DNA from: the human T2T-CHM13v2.0 reference genome, Homo sapiens
DNA length: 64,000 nt
Assembly (NCBI RefSeq): GCF_009914755.1
Contig: NC_060935.1
Reading direction: 5' to 3' (one strand)
This document shows, in pieces, positions 33,554-48,100 of the stretch. A program made the translations under genes and the position numbers. The notes beneath the pieces were generated by a model. It searched no databases, was not told the origin of the DNA, and saw only the letters and a list, made by a program, of their open reading frames with translations. Numbering within the stretch: position 1 is the first letter of the stretch; each line of letters starts with the position of its first letter.

Positions 33554-36009
33554 ATGTTTTCAACTTAGAGGAACTTAAAAGCTGGTAGGAGCAATTGTAT
33601 ATAAACATAAGTGACTAAAATGTAACACAAAGTGTAAAAAGCCTTCAACTTTAGAGAAAAAAGGGAAATTTATTCTCAATAGCAGATCAGGGAAGGCTTT
33701 ATGGAAAAAGTTTGAGTTGAAGTTGAAGAAAGTTAGGATGTTGAGAGGAAGAAATATCAATAGGGATTATTATTGGTGATGCAAAGATCTAAGCAATGTC
33801 AGAGGCAGGAAAGTGTAGGACTAGATTTAGGTAATTATGACTATTTTACTTCGATTGAAATTTAGAATATATGTGGTAAAAGATAATATTATTGATAGAG
33901 GTTGAAGTCAGCTTCTATAAAGCTATGACTGTAAAGACATTTGAATATTATTTAATCTTCATTTTATACATTTCAGGGAATAATCATTACAGATAAAGCA
34001 GTTTTTTCAAAGTAAGTTCTTGAAATTAGAGTTGCTTAACTCCAAATCTCTAATCTCTTAAGTGTTTTCCCAACAGCCTTTATCAGATTAGCACAGTTTA
34101 GCAGGCTGTGGCAGCATTAGGAATTATTAATCTTGTGGAGTAACCTCAGATATGAATCTAGGACTTAGTACATCTGTCCATCTGAGTAGCATATATAAAA
34201 AGACATATTTCCCAGGAAAAAATAGCATTACTTGGGTGCTAATCAGGAAATATAAATATATAACATCTAAGAAAAAATATGCCAAATCATCTTGACACAA
34301 AGAAACACATATTACCAGGGAGGGGAGCAAATAAAAAATAACATTTATATAAAACCTGTTACATACCAGACAATGTCTGGTACCAGGAGATAAAAAAATC
34401 TTTAAAATTATTGGGAGTAAGGCATGTAATTAAAAATAACGATTAATGAAATGTATAGATATTCTGAGAAGTACAATATAGATAGAGACTAATCAAATTA
34501 ATTTTAAAAAGAATAATTGAATTAATCATAATTAAGTAGAGAAATACAAATAGCCAAGAAAAAATGTATCTTTGAAGAGGTCTTTAGAAGATGATGGGTG
34601 GACTTGTCAGCTGTGTTATTTTTACTAGTATTAGCTTTCCATGATAATATTGATTTTGGGGAGAATAATTGAGACTTGTTATTTGCACCTAGCAATTCCT
34701 AATGTATTTTATCCCTATTATAGGTACTATTGATTCTTGATTAGCTGCTAGGAAATCTAAAATTAGAAAAAAAATACCGGTTATTATAGGTTAAAGAGTT
34801 TCTATGTTCTAGATTAATGTTCTATTTTATTACCTCAGAAATAAAATATTTTATAGAAAGTTGTATTGGATGTAATCAGGTAGGACAAAGATACTCTGGG
34901 ATAAAGTTAAGGCAAAAAAGACTCCCTAACTTCACCCCTCTCAAATTGTATGTAAAAAATACCGATTTAGGAAAAGAAATACCAATTGTGTGTTCATTTC
35001 TGAATAGAATGAAGTAGTTTTGGCTATCTCAGCATTCCTGCTGAGATCAATTTAAGGACTCCGAATTAATGGAAAAATCATATAATGGAAGGAATCAGAG
35101 AGCTGGAAAATCATTCAAAATTAGAAAAACTTAGATTTTCAAGAAAGGAGTATCTCAGAGTAGTTAGCTAATATTCGCAATCAACTTTTTATTTGGAAAC
35201 GTTTTATAATTTGGGGTATGACTAAGAAGCTTAAAATATAGATTTATCGTGGGAGAAGCCCACTGCTGGGAGAACATTTCAGCCTTAGTCAATATTAGAG
35301 TGACAAAAATTGAAGGCTTGTGTTTCCTCATACACATAGCTATTTCGCTCAAGCCATTTGCTGAATTAGGAATCTATATGTGTGAGGGATGCCAGAAACT
35401 AAGGGAAAAACATGAAGAGTAGAGCATCTTCCAATTCAGATAAGTATGTGTTGGGGGAAGAGCCCATGGTTAAGGACAAGTTTCTCAGTTAAAAATTCTG
35501 AAGTGCTAGCTTTAGGAAGAGCGGTAAACCAGAGGTAGATTAATTTTTAATACACTTTGATGTGAGCATCCTAGAATTTCAGCTCTGTATTCCTAATCGG
35601 ATTAAGATGATTAATTTCCTATTCTATAAGCATAGGAAAAAATGTAAATATTCTCTCACAGATGATGTCATAATCTCAAGCCTTTGAATGATTTATACAA
35701 CATTATCTAGAAAATAATTTAAAAATTACAAGACATGTCAATAGAAAAGATCATATGACTGGACAGTAAAAAGAAACATAAAAACACATCTTAGGAATAG
35801 GTACATAAATGATCTGAATAATAGAGATCGCTGATGACAGTATTAAATAATTATCATTAGTAATTCCATGAATATAGAGAGACAGAAAATTTGAAAGTAA
35901 AGAAAATACTAAAATTCTAACTAAATATAGCTGGTTATTGTATTTATATTTATTTTATAAACATTTATATAACATGTGTATTATAATTATAATGGTTCTT
36001 ACACTTATA

Positions 36010-36135
36010 TTTAAATTAATCAAACTTATATAAGTAAAACTTTAGCTTCTCCATTTAATTAGCCACACTTCAAGTTCTCAATAGCCACCTGTGACTATTG
36101 GCTACCATATTTGACTGCACAGATACAAAATATTT
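36010..36135 (-). mobile_element. MER3-family fragment
   Basis: tagccacacttcaagttctcaatagccacctgtgactattggctaccatattt. Confidence 0.7.
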
Positions 36136-36139
36136 CAAA

Positions 36140-39100
36140 AAAGGACAATAAAGAATAGCAGCCTGCTTGGCTGAAATTGGCTGGGAGCCAGGAATTACTT
36201 CCCAAAATGGGGAAAGGGTAAGTGAGAGACTTCCAGTGGCCCACACCACCACTGTGGAATCCAGGCCATGGGAAAGCCCCTTGACCTTCTCAAGCCCTGA
36301 ACCTATCACAGGGAGTTTCCTAGAGGGAGATCATGTTGGGTCCCATACCTTTTCTGAGACTTTGGTGGCTACAGCAAGGTGCCATTTTTAAACCTAGCTT
36401 TTGACAGACTGCAAACTGTCATGGGGCCTAGCAGCATTGGGTTTGAGGCATTAGGGATGCTCCGGCTCTCACTGCTAGGACTGTGGTAGAAGCTGGGATT
36501 GCTCCCACAGCTGGGCTGAGAAGCAAGCAAGGATATAGCTCCTGGTTCTGGAAAGCAAGCACTGCCAGAACTCAATCTAGTATGTGAGTGGGGTGCAGGT
36601 TGCAGTCACAAACTGAGCAAGGACTTCTACAGCTAGGATTGGAGGAGGGAGCCTCACCAGGACAGGGTGATGAGAGACAGGCATATTCTCTGCCTCTTGG
36701 CTCAGTCTGTGGCCACTGAGGCAGGACCAGCCCTTTCCAGTGGCAAAGCCTTAGTGCAGCTATAACTGCCCCTCACCCAAACACTCTGCCTGTGGCCTGA
36801 ATTGCCCTGTTCCCACCCACTATAGCTGGTGCCTGCTGTCACCATTGGGAAGGATGAGCACAAGACCTCTCTGCCCAGCTTCGCCTCTCCCTAAGACAGA
36901 GCACATAGTCTGGGGCCCTGGGGGTTTCCCAATCCAATCTACCACACTGGGAACCTGAGCACTCCTCCCAGGAGGCTGAGGTTGAGCCTACATCTCCAAT
37001 CCCTACTACCTCAGCTGGCACCAACCTGCAAGAGTTACCTTCAGGCCTGGAGACTGGCTCACCCAGCCCAGTCCATGGTAGCCACAACCAACATCAACGC
37101 ACACTGCTCGAGATGCAGATAATTGTCTTGCCGCTGCTACTGCCATCACCCACAACATGCTGGCTGCCCAGGGGCCTGAAAACCCATATGCTCACGCAGC
37201 TTACTATTGCCACTACCTGAGCAAGCCACCTGGAAGTCCAAGAATTGGCCTACCAGTAACTGTCAACACTGCTGCCAGTGTAAATCCCCCTGGGACACAA
37301 GAATAGTCACTTGCATCTCACCACTGTCCCCACTCGAGCCTGAAGACTGGAATACCTGGCACTCTAGTCACCAGTACAACTTCACTACAGCCTCCAATAA
37401 TACCTGTACCCTAAACCGTTGCGAAAAATCACAGAAGCATTAATGCATTTTACAGCCAAATAAACCATACAGAGACTACACTACTGTATGCATCTGGAAT
37501 CAAAGCCAAAGTGCCCCATCCAGTGAAAACGATAGATACATCTTCAGAAAAATTCCTTCACTTATTGAAAATACATTCAAAAATAGGAAGAAGAGACTGT
37601 TTATACAAGACGTGCAGATATCAACATAAGGAAACAGGAAACACAATAAAATAAGGAAATATAACACCTCCAAAGGAACACAATAATTCTTCAGTAATAG
37701 ATCTTAATGAAATAGAAATTTTTGAAATCCCAGGTAAATAATTCAAAATATTGATTTTTAAAGAAGCTCAGTGAAATAGAATTCTGAAAACAATACCAAC
37801 AAATAAGAAAACAATTCAGGATATTAATGATAAATTTACCAAAAAGATAGATTTTTTTTAAGAAAGAACTACATAGAAAATATGGGACAGAACAATTTAT
37901 TAAATGAAATAAAAAATATATTTGACAGCTTCAACAATAGACTAGCAGAAGAAAGAATCTCAGAATTTGAAGCAGAAGAAAGAATCTCGAAATTTGAAAA
38001 CAGGCCTTTTGAAATAATCCAGTCAGACAAAAATGTAGAAAAAATGGCTAAAAGAGAATTAGCAAAGCCTTTGTGACAGTTAGGACAACATAACGTGATC
38101 AAATATCCAAATTATTGGTATTTGCAAGTGTGAAGAGAAAATAAGAGGATTTGAAAAATCTATTTAATGAAATAATAGATGAAAACTCTCCAAGTCTACC
38201 ACAAAATCTAGACATTCAGATACAGGAGTCTCAGGGATCCCCAGGCAGATTGTGTTAGTTTATTTGCATTGCTATAAAGGAATGCCTGAGACTGGGCAAT
38301 TTATAAAGAAAAGATGTTTATTTTGGCTCATAGTTCTTCAGGCTGTACCAAATGCATGGCTGTAGCATCTGCTCTTGATAGTAGCTTCCAATCATGGCAG
38401 AAGGCACTGGAGAAGCCAGTGTATCATGTGGTGAGGGGGGACAAAGAAAGATAAAGGGAGCCAGTGCCACACTCTTTGAAACAACCAAATTTTGTGTGAA
38501 TTCAGAGCAAGAATTACTCACTACTCCATGAGGTCAGCACCAAGCCATTCATGAAGGACATGCCTCTATGATCTGAACATCTCCCACTAGGCTCAAAACC
38601 AGCATTGGAAGTCACATTTCAACATGAGATTTGGAGGGAATGGAGAAAACATCCAAACCATATCACAAATACAATGTAAAACGAGTTTTTCTGTGGCATG
38701 TTTTAGTCAGACTACCTAAAGGCAAACCTAAAGAATGAATTCTAAACACAGCAAGAGAAAAGCATCTGCTCACCAATGAAGAAAACCGCATTAGACTAAT
38801 AGTGGATTTCTCAGCAGAAACCGTACAGGTCAGAAGTGGTATATTCAAAGTGCTAAAATGAAAAGGAAAACTTCTCAGCAAAGAGTACTATATCAAACAA
38901 AATTATCCTTCATAAATGAAGGAGAAATAAAGTCTATCCTAGAAAAGCAAATGCTGACAAAATTTATTACGACTTGACTGGCCCTACAAGAAACTCAACA
39001 GAGCCCAAAACTTAAAAGCAAAAGAAGGATATTTACCATTATAAAACACCCAAAAGTATAAAACTCACTGGTAAAGCAGTCATATGAAGAGGAAAAGAAG

Positions 39101-42100
39101 GGACTCAAATGATACCACTATAGAAATCCACCAAACCACAATGACAAAAAAAAAGAGAAAAAGAACAAAGAATATACAAAACCAACAGAAAATAACTAAC
39201 AATATGACAGAGCAAAGCCCATATATCAATAATAAGCTTGAACATAAACATATTTAATGCCCCATGTAAAAGATATAAATTGAATGGATAAAAAATCCAG
39301 TTATATGCTGCTTATAATAAAATTACGTTATCAGTAAACATACATATAGACTGAAAGAAAAGGGATAGGAAAAAAATTTTGCATGAAAGCAAACCTAATC
39401 AAGTAGTAGTAGCTAAATTTGCATCAGATAAAACAGACTTTAAGTTAAAAACAGTAAAAAATAAAAGACAAGAAGGCCATTATACAATTATAAAGAGAAA
39501 TCCAGATATAGGATTAATCAATTCTAAATATGTATGTAACCAACACGGACATGCCCAGATTCATAAAAAAATATTACTAGATATAAAGAGAGAGTGATAG
39601 ATTGAATACAATAACAGTGGGGAGTCCTGCTCTCAGTATTAGATTAACTAGATAGAAATTCTCCAAAGAAACATTGGATTTAAACTGGACTTTAGACCAA
39701 ATGGACTTAACAGACCTTTACAGAACATTCTATTTCACGACTGTAGACTATACATACTTTGCATAAGCTCTTGGATCATTCTCCAGGATAGACCATATGT
39801 TAGGCTACATGCAAATCAGGTGTCATAAAATTAAAAAAAATTGAAATGATATCAAGTATCTTGTCAGACTAAGGAAATAAAGATAGAAATCAATACTAAG
39901 AGGAACATTAGACAATATACAAATACATGAAAATGAAACAACACACTTCTTAATGACCAAAAGTTCAATGAAGAAATTAAGAAGAAAATCAAAAAGTTTC
40001 CTGAAACAAATGAAAATGAAGAGGCAACATACCAAAGCCTCTGGGATGGAGCAAAAGCAATGCGAAAAGGAAAGTTTGCTGCATTAAATGTCTACATCAA
40101 AAGAGTAGAAAGATCACAAATTAACAACTGAATTTTGCATCTCAAAGAATTAGAAAAACAAGAACAAACCAAACCCCAAATACGCAAAAGAAAGGAAATA
40201 GCACAGATCAGAGCATAATTAACAGAGAGGCCAAAAAACAATATAAAAGATCAACAAAATAAAAAGTTGTTTATTCAAAAGGACAAATAAAATTAATAAT
40301 CCCCTAGCTAAACTAAGAAGAGAGAAGATCCAATAAATACAATCAGAAATGCAAAAGGAGACGTTACAACTAATACTACAGAAATACAAAAGATTAACAG
40401 AGATTATTATGAACAATGATATGCTCACAAACCAGAAAACCGAGAGGAAATGGGGAAATTCCTGGAAAAACACAACCTCCCAAGATTCAATTTGGAAGAG
40501 ATTGATCTCCTGAACAAACCCATAATGAGTAGCAAGATTGAGTCAGTAATAAAAATCCTTCTAACAAAGAAAATCCCCAGACCGGATGTATTCCCAGCTG
40601 AATTCTAACAAATGTACAAAGAAGGACTAGTATCAATTCTCCTGAAACTATTTTTAAAAATCAAAGAGGAGAAAATTTTTCCTAACTCATTCAACAAGGC
40701 TAGCATCACCCTGATACCTTGATACCAAAACTAGACAAGGACACAACAAAAAAATCCAGAAAACTGTAGGTCAATATCGTGATAAACAGATGCAAAAATC
40801 TTTAAGAAAATAACAGCAAATTGAATCCAACTTCACATCAAAAAGATAGTATCCTATCATCAAGTAGGATTTATACAAGGGATATAAGATGGTTCACCAT
40901 ATGTAAATAAATATATATGATGCATCACATCAACAGAGTAAAGGACAAAGGCCATATCTTCTCAACAGATGAAGAAAAAGTGCTTGATAAAATTGCTTTT
41001 TTCATAATAAACTAGGGATAGAAGGAGGCTACCTCAACATAAGAAACGTCGTGTATGACACACCCACAGCTAATATCATACTGAATGGGGAAAAGTTGAA
41101 AGTATTTTCTCTCAGAACTAGAACAAGACAAATATGCTCACTTTCACCTCTCCTATTTCAACATAGTACTGGAATTCCTAGCCAGAGAATTAAGTCAAAA
41201 GAAAGAAAAAAAATGACTTCCAAACAGGAAAAGAGGAAGTCAAATTGTTCCTCTTTACTGATGATATGAACTTATATCTAGAAAAATCTAAAGATTCCAC
41301 CAAGAGACTCTCAGTTTTGACACATGAATTCAGTAAGTTTGCATGAAACAAAATCAATGTACAAAAATTCAGTAGCATTTCTATACGTCAATGATGATCT
41401 AGCCAAAAAAATTTGCATGCCATTTACAATAGCTACAAAAATAAAATACGTAGGAATAAATTTACTCAAGAAGGTGAAAGACTTCTACAGGAAAACTACA
41501 AAACATTCATTGAAAAAACTGGAGATGACTCAAATAGAAAAACATTTCATTCTCATGAATTAGAAGAATTATTATCATTAAAATGACCATATTGTCCTAA
41601 GCAATCTGAAGATTCAGCGCAACTCCTATCAAAATACAAATGTGATTCTTCACACAATTAGAAAAAAAGTCCTAAAAATTATGTTAAACCAAATAAAGCC
41701 ATAGTAACCAAAGAAATCCTGAGCAAAAAGAACAAAACTGAAGGCATCACATTATTTGACTTCAAAACATATTCTAAGGCTATTGTATCTAAAACAGCAT
41801 TGTATTGTTATAAAAATAGACATATGGACCAATGGAACAGAACAGAGAACCCAGAAATAATGTCACATATTTACAGTCGCCTGATCTCTGACAAAACTAA
41901 CAAGAAATTATACTGGGTAAAGGACACCCTCTTGCATAAATGGTGGTGGAAAATTGTATAGCCATATGCAGAAGAGTGAAACTGGACCCCTATCTCTCAC
42001 CATATATAAAAATCAACTTAAAATGGATTAAATACTTAAATATAACACCTGAATATATAAAAGTACTAGAAGAAACTCTAAAGAAAACTCCCCCAGATAT

Positions 42101-43230
42101 GATCCAGATAAAGAATTTATGACTAAGACCTCAAAAGCACAGGCAACAAAAGCAAAAATAAACCAATGGGATTTAACTAAACTGAAAAGCTTCTGCACAG
42201 CCAAAGAAATAAACAAAAGACTGAAGAGACAACCTGTTGAATAGGAGAAAATACTTGCAAACTATTCATCCAACAGGGGACAAATATCCAGAATGTACAA
42301 GGAACACAAACAATTGAACAGGAAATTAACAATTCCATCAAGAAAGTGGGCAAAGGACATGAATAGACATTTCTCAAAAGAAGACATACAAATGGCCAAT
42401 AGGTATTTGAAGAAATGTTTAACATCTTTAATCTGCAGAAAAATTCAAAAGAAAAACACAGTAAGATATCATGTAACTTCAATCAGAATGGCTGTTATTA
42501 AAACACCGAAAATAACAGGTAGTAGTGATGCTGAGGAAAGGGAGCTCTTACACACTCTTGGTGAGAATGTAAAATAGTACATCCACTATGAAGAACAGTA
42601 TGGAGATTTTACAAAAAACTAAACATGGAATTACCATTCAGTATAACAATCCCACTACTAGCTACCCAAAGGAAAAAAAAGCAACGTATCAATGAGATAT
42701 CTATACTCTCATGTTTATGGCAGCACTGTTCACAATAGCAAAGATATGAAATCTAAGAATCCATCAGTGAATGCATGTATAGTAAGTATGCACAATGGAA
42801 TACTATTTGGGTGTAAGAAGAATGAAATCATGTCATTTGCAGCAACATGGATGGAACTGGAGGTCAGTATATTGAGTGAAATAAGTGAGACACAAAAAGA
42901 CAAATATGAGAAGTTCTCATACTTATGTATAGTGGCTAAAATACTTGATCACATGGAGGAAGGGAGTAAAAAGATAGTTAAGACTGGGAACGGTGAGTGG
43001 GGAGAGAGGGAGGATGGAGCGAAGTGGGTTAAAGGGTACTAACATACAGTTAGAAGGAATCAATTCAATGTGTGATTGCAGAGTACGGTGACTATAGTTG
43101 GCAAAAATTCATTGTACTCTGATGATGAAACCCTAAATACTCTGACTTGATCACTACACATTATATACATGTAACAAAATTTCACATGAATCCCATAACT
43201 TTGTACAGTTATTAATTTATAAAAAATAAA
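36140..43230 (+). mobile_element. Near full-length old L1 (L1MA4/L1MA4A-like), degenerate, with GC-rich 5' region, ORF1, ORF2 and 3' UTR
   Basis: ORF1 remnant 37882-38076; ORF2 remnants 39379-43042; 3' UTR gaagtgggttaaagggtac...ccctaaatactctgacttgatcactac. Confidence 0.85.
38251..38665 (-). mobile_element. MSTB-like MaLR solo LTR inserted in L1 ORF1
   Basis: tgtgttagt...ccatatca termini; 5-bp TSD cagat/caaat. Confidence 0.85.
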
Positions 43231-43259
43231 TTATTTCTATCAAATTGCAAAGCTGAAAA

Positions 43260-44725
43260 TATTTAATACACTCTAAGTGACAGATATAAAACACTAAACC
43301 TAACAACAAATTTCAATTTATTTTTAAGTAAACAATGACACATTTACGAAAACTGACCATCTGCTAAGGCATAAAAATAATACTCAGTGCAATTCAGAGT
43401 CTCTTCTCCTAGTGCAATGGAATTAGTAAAGGGACCAAGAACATAAAGATAATTAGAAAGTCCCTAAATTCTTTGAAATTAAACAGTATGCTTTGAATTA
43501 GCTCCAGGTGGCAGAAGGACTTGAAATGAGAAAACAGTTTCAAATGGTAGATAATGAAGATGTGAGATATCAAAACGAGGGAGATGGAACAACATCAGTA
43601 CTTAATAAAAATGTGGTGTTTTAAATGTATAAAATATAAAAAGAAAAATGTTGAAAATCATTTAAGTTAAATTCCATCTCCCAAAGGTAGAAAAACAATA
43701 ACAAATCAAAGCCAAATTGCTAAAGTGGAAAATAAGAAAATTAGGAACAGAACTAAAAGAAACTGAAAATAAATATAAACAGAATCTAAAAAATCTCAAA
43801 TTGGTTCATTTAAAAGATTAATAAGATTGATTGATATTTAGCAAAGCTGATGGACAAAAAAAAATTAGAACAACACAAAAATTACCAACACCAGAAATTA
43901 AAAAAAAAACCTTCAAAAGAAAGTACAGATATTACATAGATGAGAGAATATTATGAATAATTTTAAGCTAATAGTTTTAAAAATTTTGTTGGAATGGAAA
44001 AACTTAGTGAAATACAATGTAGCAGCAATGACACAAGAAGTAAGAGAAAATCTGAATATTTTATATTTATTAAAAACCTCATATTTATTTTTAAAACCTT
44101 TCCAAATAGAAAATTCAGATCACATCACCTTAAATGGTAAACTCTTCCAAAGATTTAAGGAACATAAAAATTCTCAAGAGAAAAGAAGGATGAAAATCAT
44201 TTTCATGTTGGTTTTAGAGATTTTCATAACATTCATATCAAATTTTGACAAGATTATTAATAGAAAATAAGATTGTATACCACTATTTTCATCAATATTT
44301 GTGTTAAATTGTTAAACAAAATGTTAGGATATCAAATCCAATAATGTATGAAAACGATAGCACAACATTTTATGGCTTCAGTTCAAGAAAGCAATTGTCA
44401 TTTAACATTTGAAAACCTGTATTGTAATTCATGGCAATAATATAAAAAGAACAATTATATATAATATTTTGATATACACTAGAAATGCATTTGATAAGAT
44501 TCAATGGTCATTTAGGCAAAAACAAAAACAAATTAGTAAACTAGGAGTATAATATACTTTCCTCAATCTGGTATAGAGTATATACAAAAAATCCAATATC
44601 AAACTTCATATTCAATGGTGAGTTATTGAAAGTTTGTACCTTAGATGGTGAAAAGATGCCTGCCGTAAATCTTTTCAAGTCAACATTGTACTAGAGTTCC
44701 TACAGTGTACAATAAAGTAAATAGT
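43260..44725 (+). mobile_element. Very old L1M ORF2 fragment
   Basis: Degenerate ORF2 (gcatttgataagattcaa; caacattgtactagagttcct). Confidence 0.65.
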
Positions 44726-44734
44726 AAAATTACC

Positions 44735-45035
44735 AAGGCCTTCATACTCTCTTGTCAGCCCATACTAAGCCTCAGAAATTCATCAACTATTTTAGCTGAA
44801 TTATTTTTACCAGTGTCTGTTTTTGCCTGCCCCAGGTAAACAAGTGCTCATACCCTGTGGGCACCTTTCTTTCTACAGATTTTAGGTTAATTAGTTGCCT
44901 GATACTTCAAATATTTGATTCAATTCTTTGGTTCAAGAAAAGTTTTGTACTTGCATTTTGCCTGGCTTTTTTCTTGCTACAAGTTTGAGAGTGATACTCT
45001 TTTCAGCTTTGTAGATTCTCACAAAGAAAGAGAAC
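44735..45035 (-). mobile_element. Old L1M 5'-end fragment
   Basis: ccccaggtaaacaagtgctc...gagagtgatactctttcagctttgtag resembles L1M4-type 5' end antisense. Confidence 0.45.
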
Positions 45036-45101
45036 TTAAAATACCTTTATTGAAACATAGTATTCAATTTTCCAGTAAGTATATATAAAGATACTCTGCT
45101 T

Positions 45102-48100
45102 CAGAGGCTTTCAAACATAAACATGCATACAAATCAATTGGGAATCTTTTAAGTTTTTATTATTTTTTTTTCCTTCCACTTTTATTTTAAGTTCTAGGAC
45201 ACATATGCAGGATGTGCAAGTTTGTTACATAGGTAAACATATGCTGTGGTGGTTTGCTTCACAGATCATCGCATCACCTAAGAATGAAGCCCAGCATCCC
45301 TTAGCTATTCTTCCTGCTGCTCCCCCACCCCCAACAGGCCCCAGTATGTGTTGGTACCCCACCCTCCATGTGGCCATGTATTCTCATTGTTCAGATCTCC
45401 CTTATAAGTGAGAACATACAGTGTTTGTTTTTCTCTTCCTGTGTTAGTTTGCTGAGGATAACGGCTTCCAGCTCCATTCGTGCTCCTGCAAAAGACATGA
45501 TCTCATTTATTTTTATGGCTGTACAGTATTCCATGCTGAATTATGTACCACATTTTCTTTATCTAGTCTATCATTGATGGACATTTGGGTTGATTTCATG
45601 TCTTTGCTATTGTGAATAGTGCTGCAGTGAACATATGTGTGCATGTATCTTTATAATGGAATGATTTATATTCCTTTTGGTATGTATCCAGTAATGCGAT
45701 TGCTGGGCCAAAAGGTATTTATGCCTCTAGATCTTTGAGGAATCGACACACTGTCTTCCACAATGGTTGAACTAATTTACACTCCCACTCACAGTATAAA
45801 AGGATTCTTTTTTTCTCTGCAACCTCACCAGCATCTGTTTCTGGACTTTATAATAATTGCCATTCTGTCTGGCATGAGATGGTATCTCATTGTGGTTTTG
45901 ATTTTCATTTCTCTAATCAGTGATTTCAGCTTCTTTTTATATGTTTGTTGGCTGCGTCAGTGTCTTTTTTTGGGAAGTGTTTCTTCATGTCCTTTGACCA
46001 CTTTTTAATGGGGTTGTTTATTTCCTTGTAAATTTGTTTAAGTTCCTTGTAAACTCTGGATATAAGATCTTTGTCAGGTGGACAGATTTCAAAAATTTTC
46101 TCCCATTCTGTAGGTCATCTGTTCGCATCTTTTGCTGTGCAGAAACTCTTTAGATTCTATTAAACAATTTTTGCTTTTGTTGCAATTGCTTTTGATGTTT
46201 TCATCATGAAATTTTTGCCTATGCGTATGTCCTAAATGGAATTGCCTAGATTTTCTTCTAGGGTTTTTGTAGTTCTGGGTTTTCGATGTAAGTCTTTAAT
46301 CTATCTTCAGTTCATTTTTGTATAAGATTCAAGGAAGGAGTCCAGATTCAATTTTCTGCATATAGTTAGCCAGTTCTTCCAGCACCATTTATTAAATAGA
46401 AAATCATTACCCCATTACTTGCTTTTGTCAGGTTTGTTGAAGATCAGATGATTGTAGGTATGTGGTCTTATTTCTTAGTTCTCTATTCTGTTCCATTGGT
46501 CTATGTGTCTGTTTCTGTGACAGTACCAAGCTCTTTTGGTTATTGTAGCTTTTTATAGTAGTATAGTTTAAGTCAGGTAACTTGATGCCTCCAGCTTTGT
46601 TCTTTTTGCTTACAGTTGTCTTAGCTATCTCGGCTCTTTTTGGATTCCATATGAATTTTGAAATAGTTTCTCCTAATTCTGTGAAGAATGTCAATGGTAG
46701 TTTAATGAGAATAGCATTGAATCTATAAATTACTTTAGGCAGTATGGCCATTTTCACAATATTGATTCTTTCTATTCATGAGCATGGAATGTTTCTCCAT
46801 TTCTTTGTGTTCTCTCTGATTTCCTTGAGCAGTGGTTTGTAGTTCTCCTTGAAGAGGTCCTTCGCTTCCCTTTTCAGTTGTATTTCTAGGTATTTTATTA
46901 TTTTAATGGCAGTTGTGAATGAGAGTTCATTTATGACTTGGTTCACTGCTTGCCTGTTTTCGGTGTATAGGAATGCTTGGGATTTTTGCACATTGATTTT
47001 GTAACGTGAGACTTTGTTGAATTTGCTTTTCAGCTTAAGAAGCTTTTGGATTATGACAATGGGATTCTCTAGATATAGGATCATTTTATCTGCAAACAAA
47101 AATAATTTGACTTCCTGATCCCTATTTGAATACCTTTATTTTTTCTCTTGCCTGATTTCCCTGGCCAGAACTTCTAATACTGTGTTGAACAGGAATGATG
47201 AGAGAAGGCATCCTTGTCTTATGCTGGTTTTCAATAAAAATACTTCCAGCTTTTGCTCAATCAATATAATATTGGCTGTGGGTTTGTCATATATGGCTCT
47301 TATTATTTTGAGGTATGTTCCTTCAACACCAAGTTTATTGAGAGTTTTTAACATGAAGGGATGTTGAATTTTATTGAAGGCCTTTTCTGCATCTATTGAG
47401 ATAATCATGTGGTTTTTGTCTTTAGTTCTGCTTATGGGATGAATTACATTTATTGATTTGCATATGTTGAACCAACCTTGCATCCCAGGGATGAAGCTGA
47501 CTTGATCATGGTGGATAAGCTTTTTGATGTGCTGCTAGATTCAGTTTGCTAGTATTTTATTGAGGATTTTTGCATCAGTGTTCATCAAGGATATTGGGCT
47601 GAAGTTCTTTTGTATTGTTCTATCTCTGCCAGGTTTCTTTTTTAGCAGGATAATCATGGCCTCATAAAATGAGTTAGGGAGGAGTCTCTTCTCTTTAATT
47701 TTTGGGCTAGTTTCAGTAGAAATGGTACCAGCTCTTCTCTGGATATCTAGTAAAATTCAGCTGTAAATCCATCTGCTTCTGGGATTTTTTTTTTTTATTG
47801 CTAGGCTATTTATTACTGCCTCAGTATCAGAACTTGTCATTGTTCTATTCAGGGATTCAATTTCTTCTTGTTTCCATCTTCGGAGAGTGTATGTGTCCAG
47901 AAATTTATTCATTTCTTCTAGATTTTCTAATTTATGTGCATAGAGGTGTTTATAGTATTCTCTGATGGTTGTTTGTGTTTCTGTGGGGTCAGTGGTAATA
48001 TCCCCCTTATCATTTCTGATTGTGACTATTTGATTCTTCTCTCTTCTTTAGTATTCTAGGTAGTCGTCTATGTATTTTAATAAGTTTTTTCAAAAAACAA

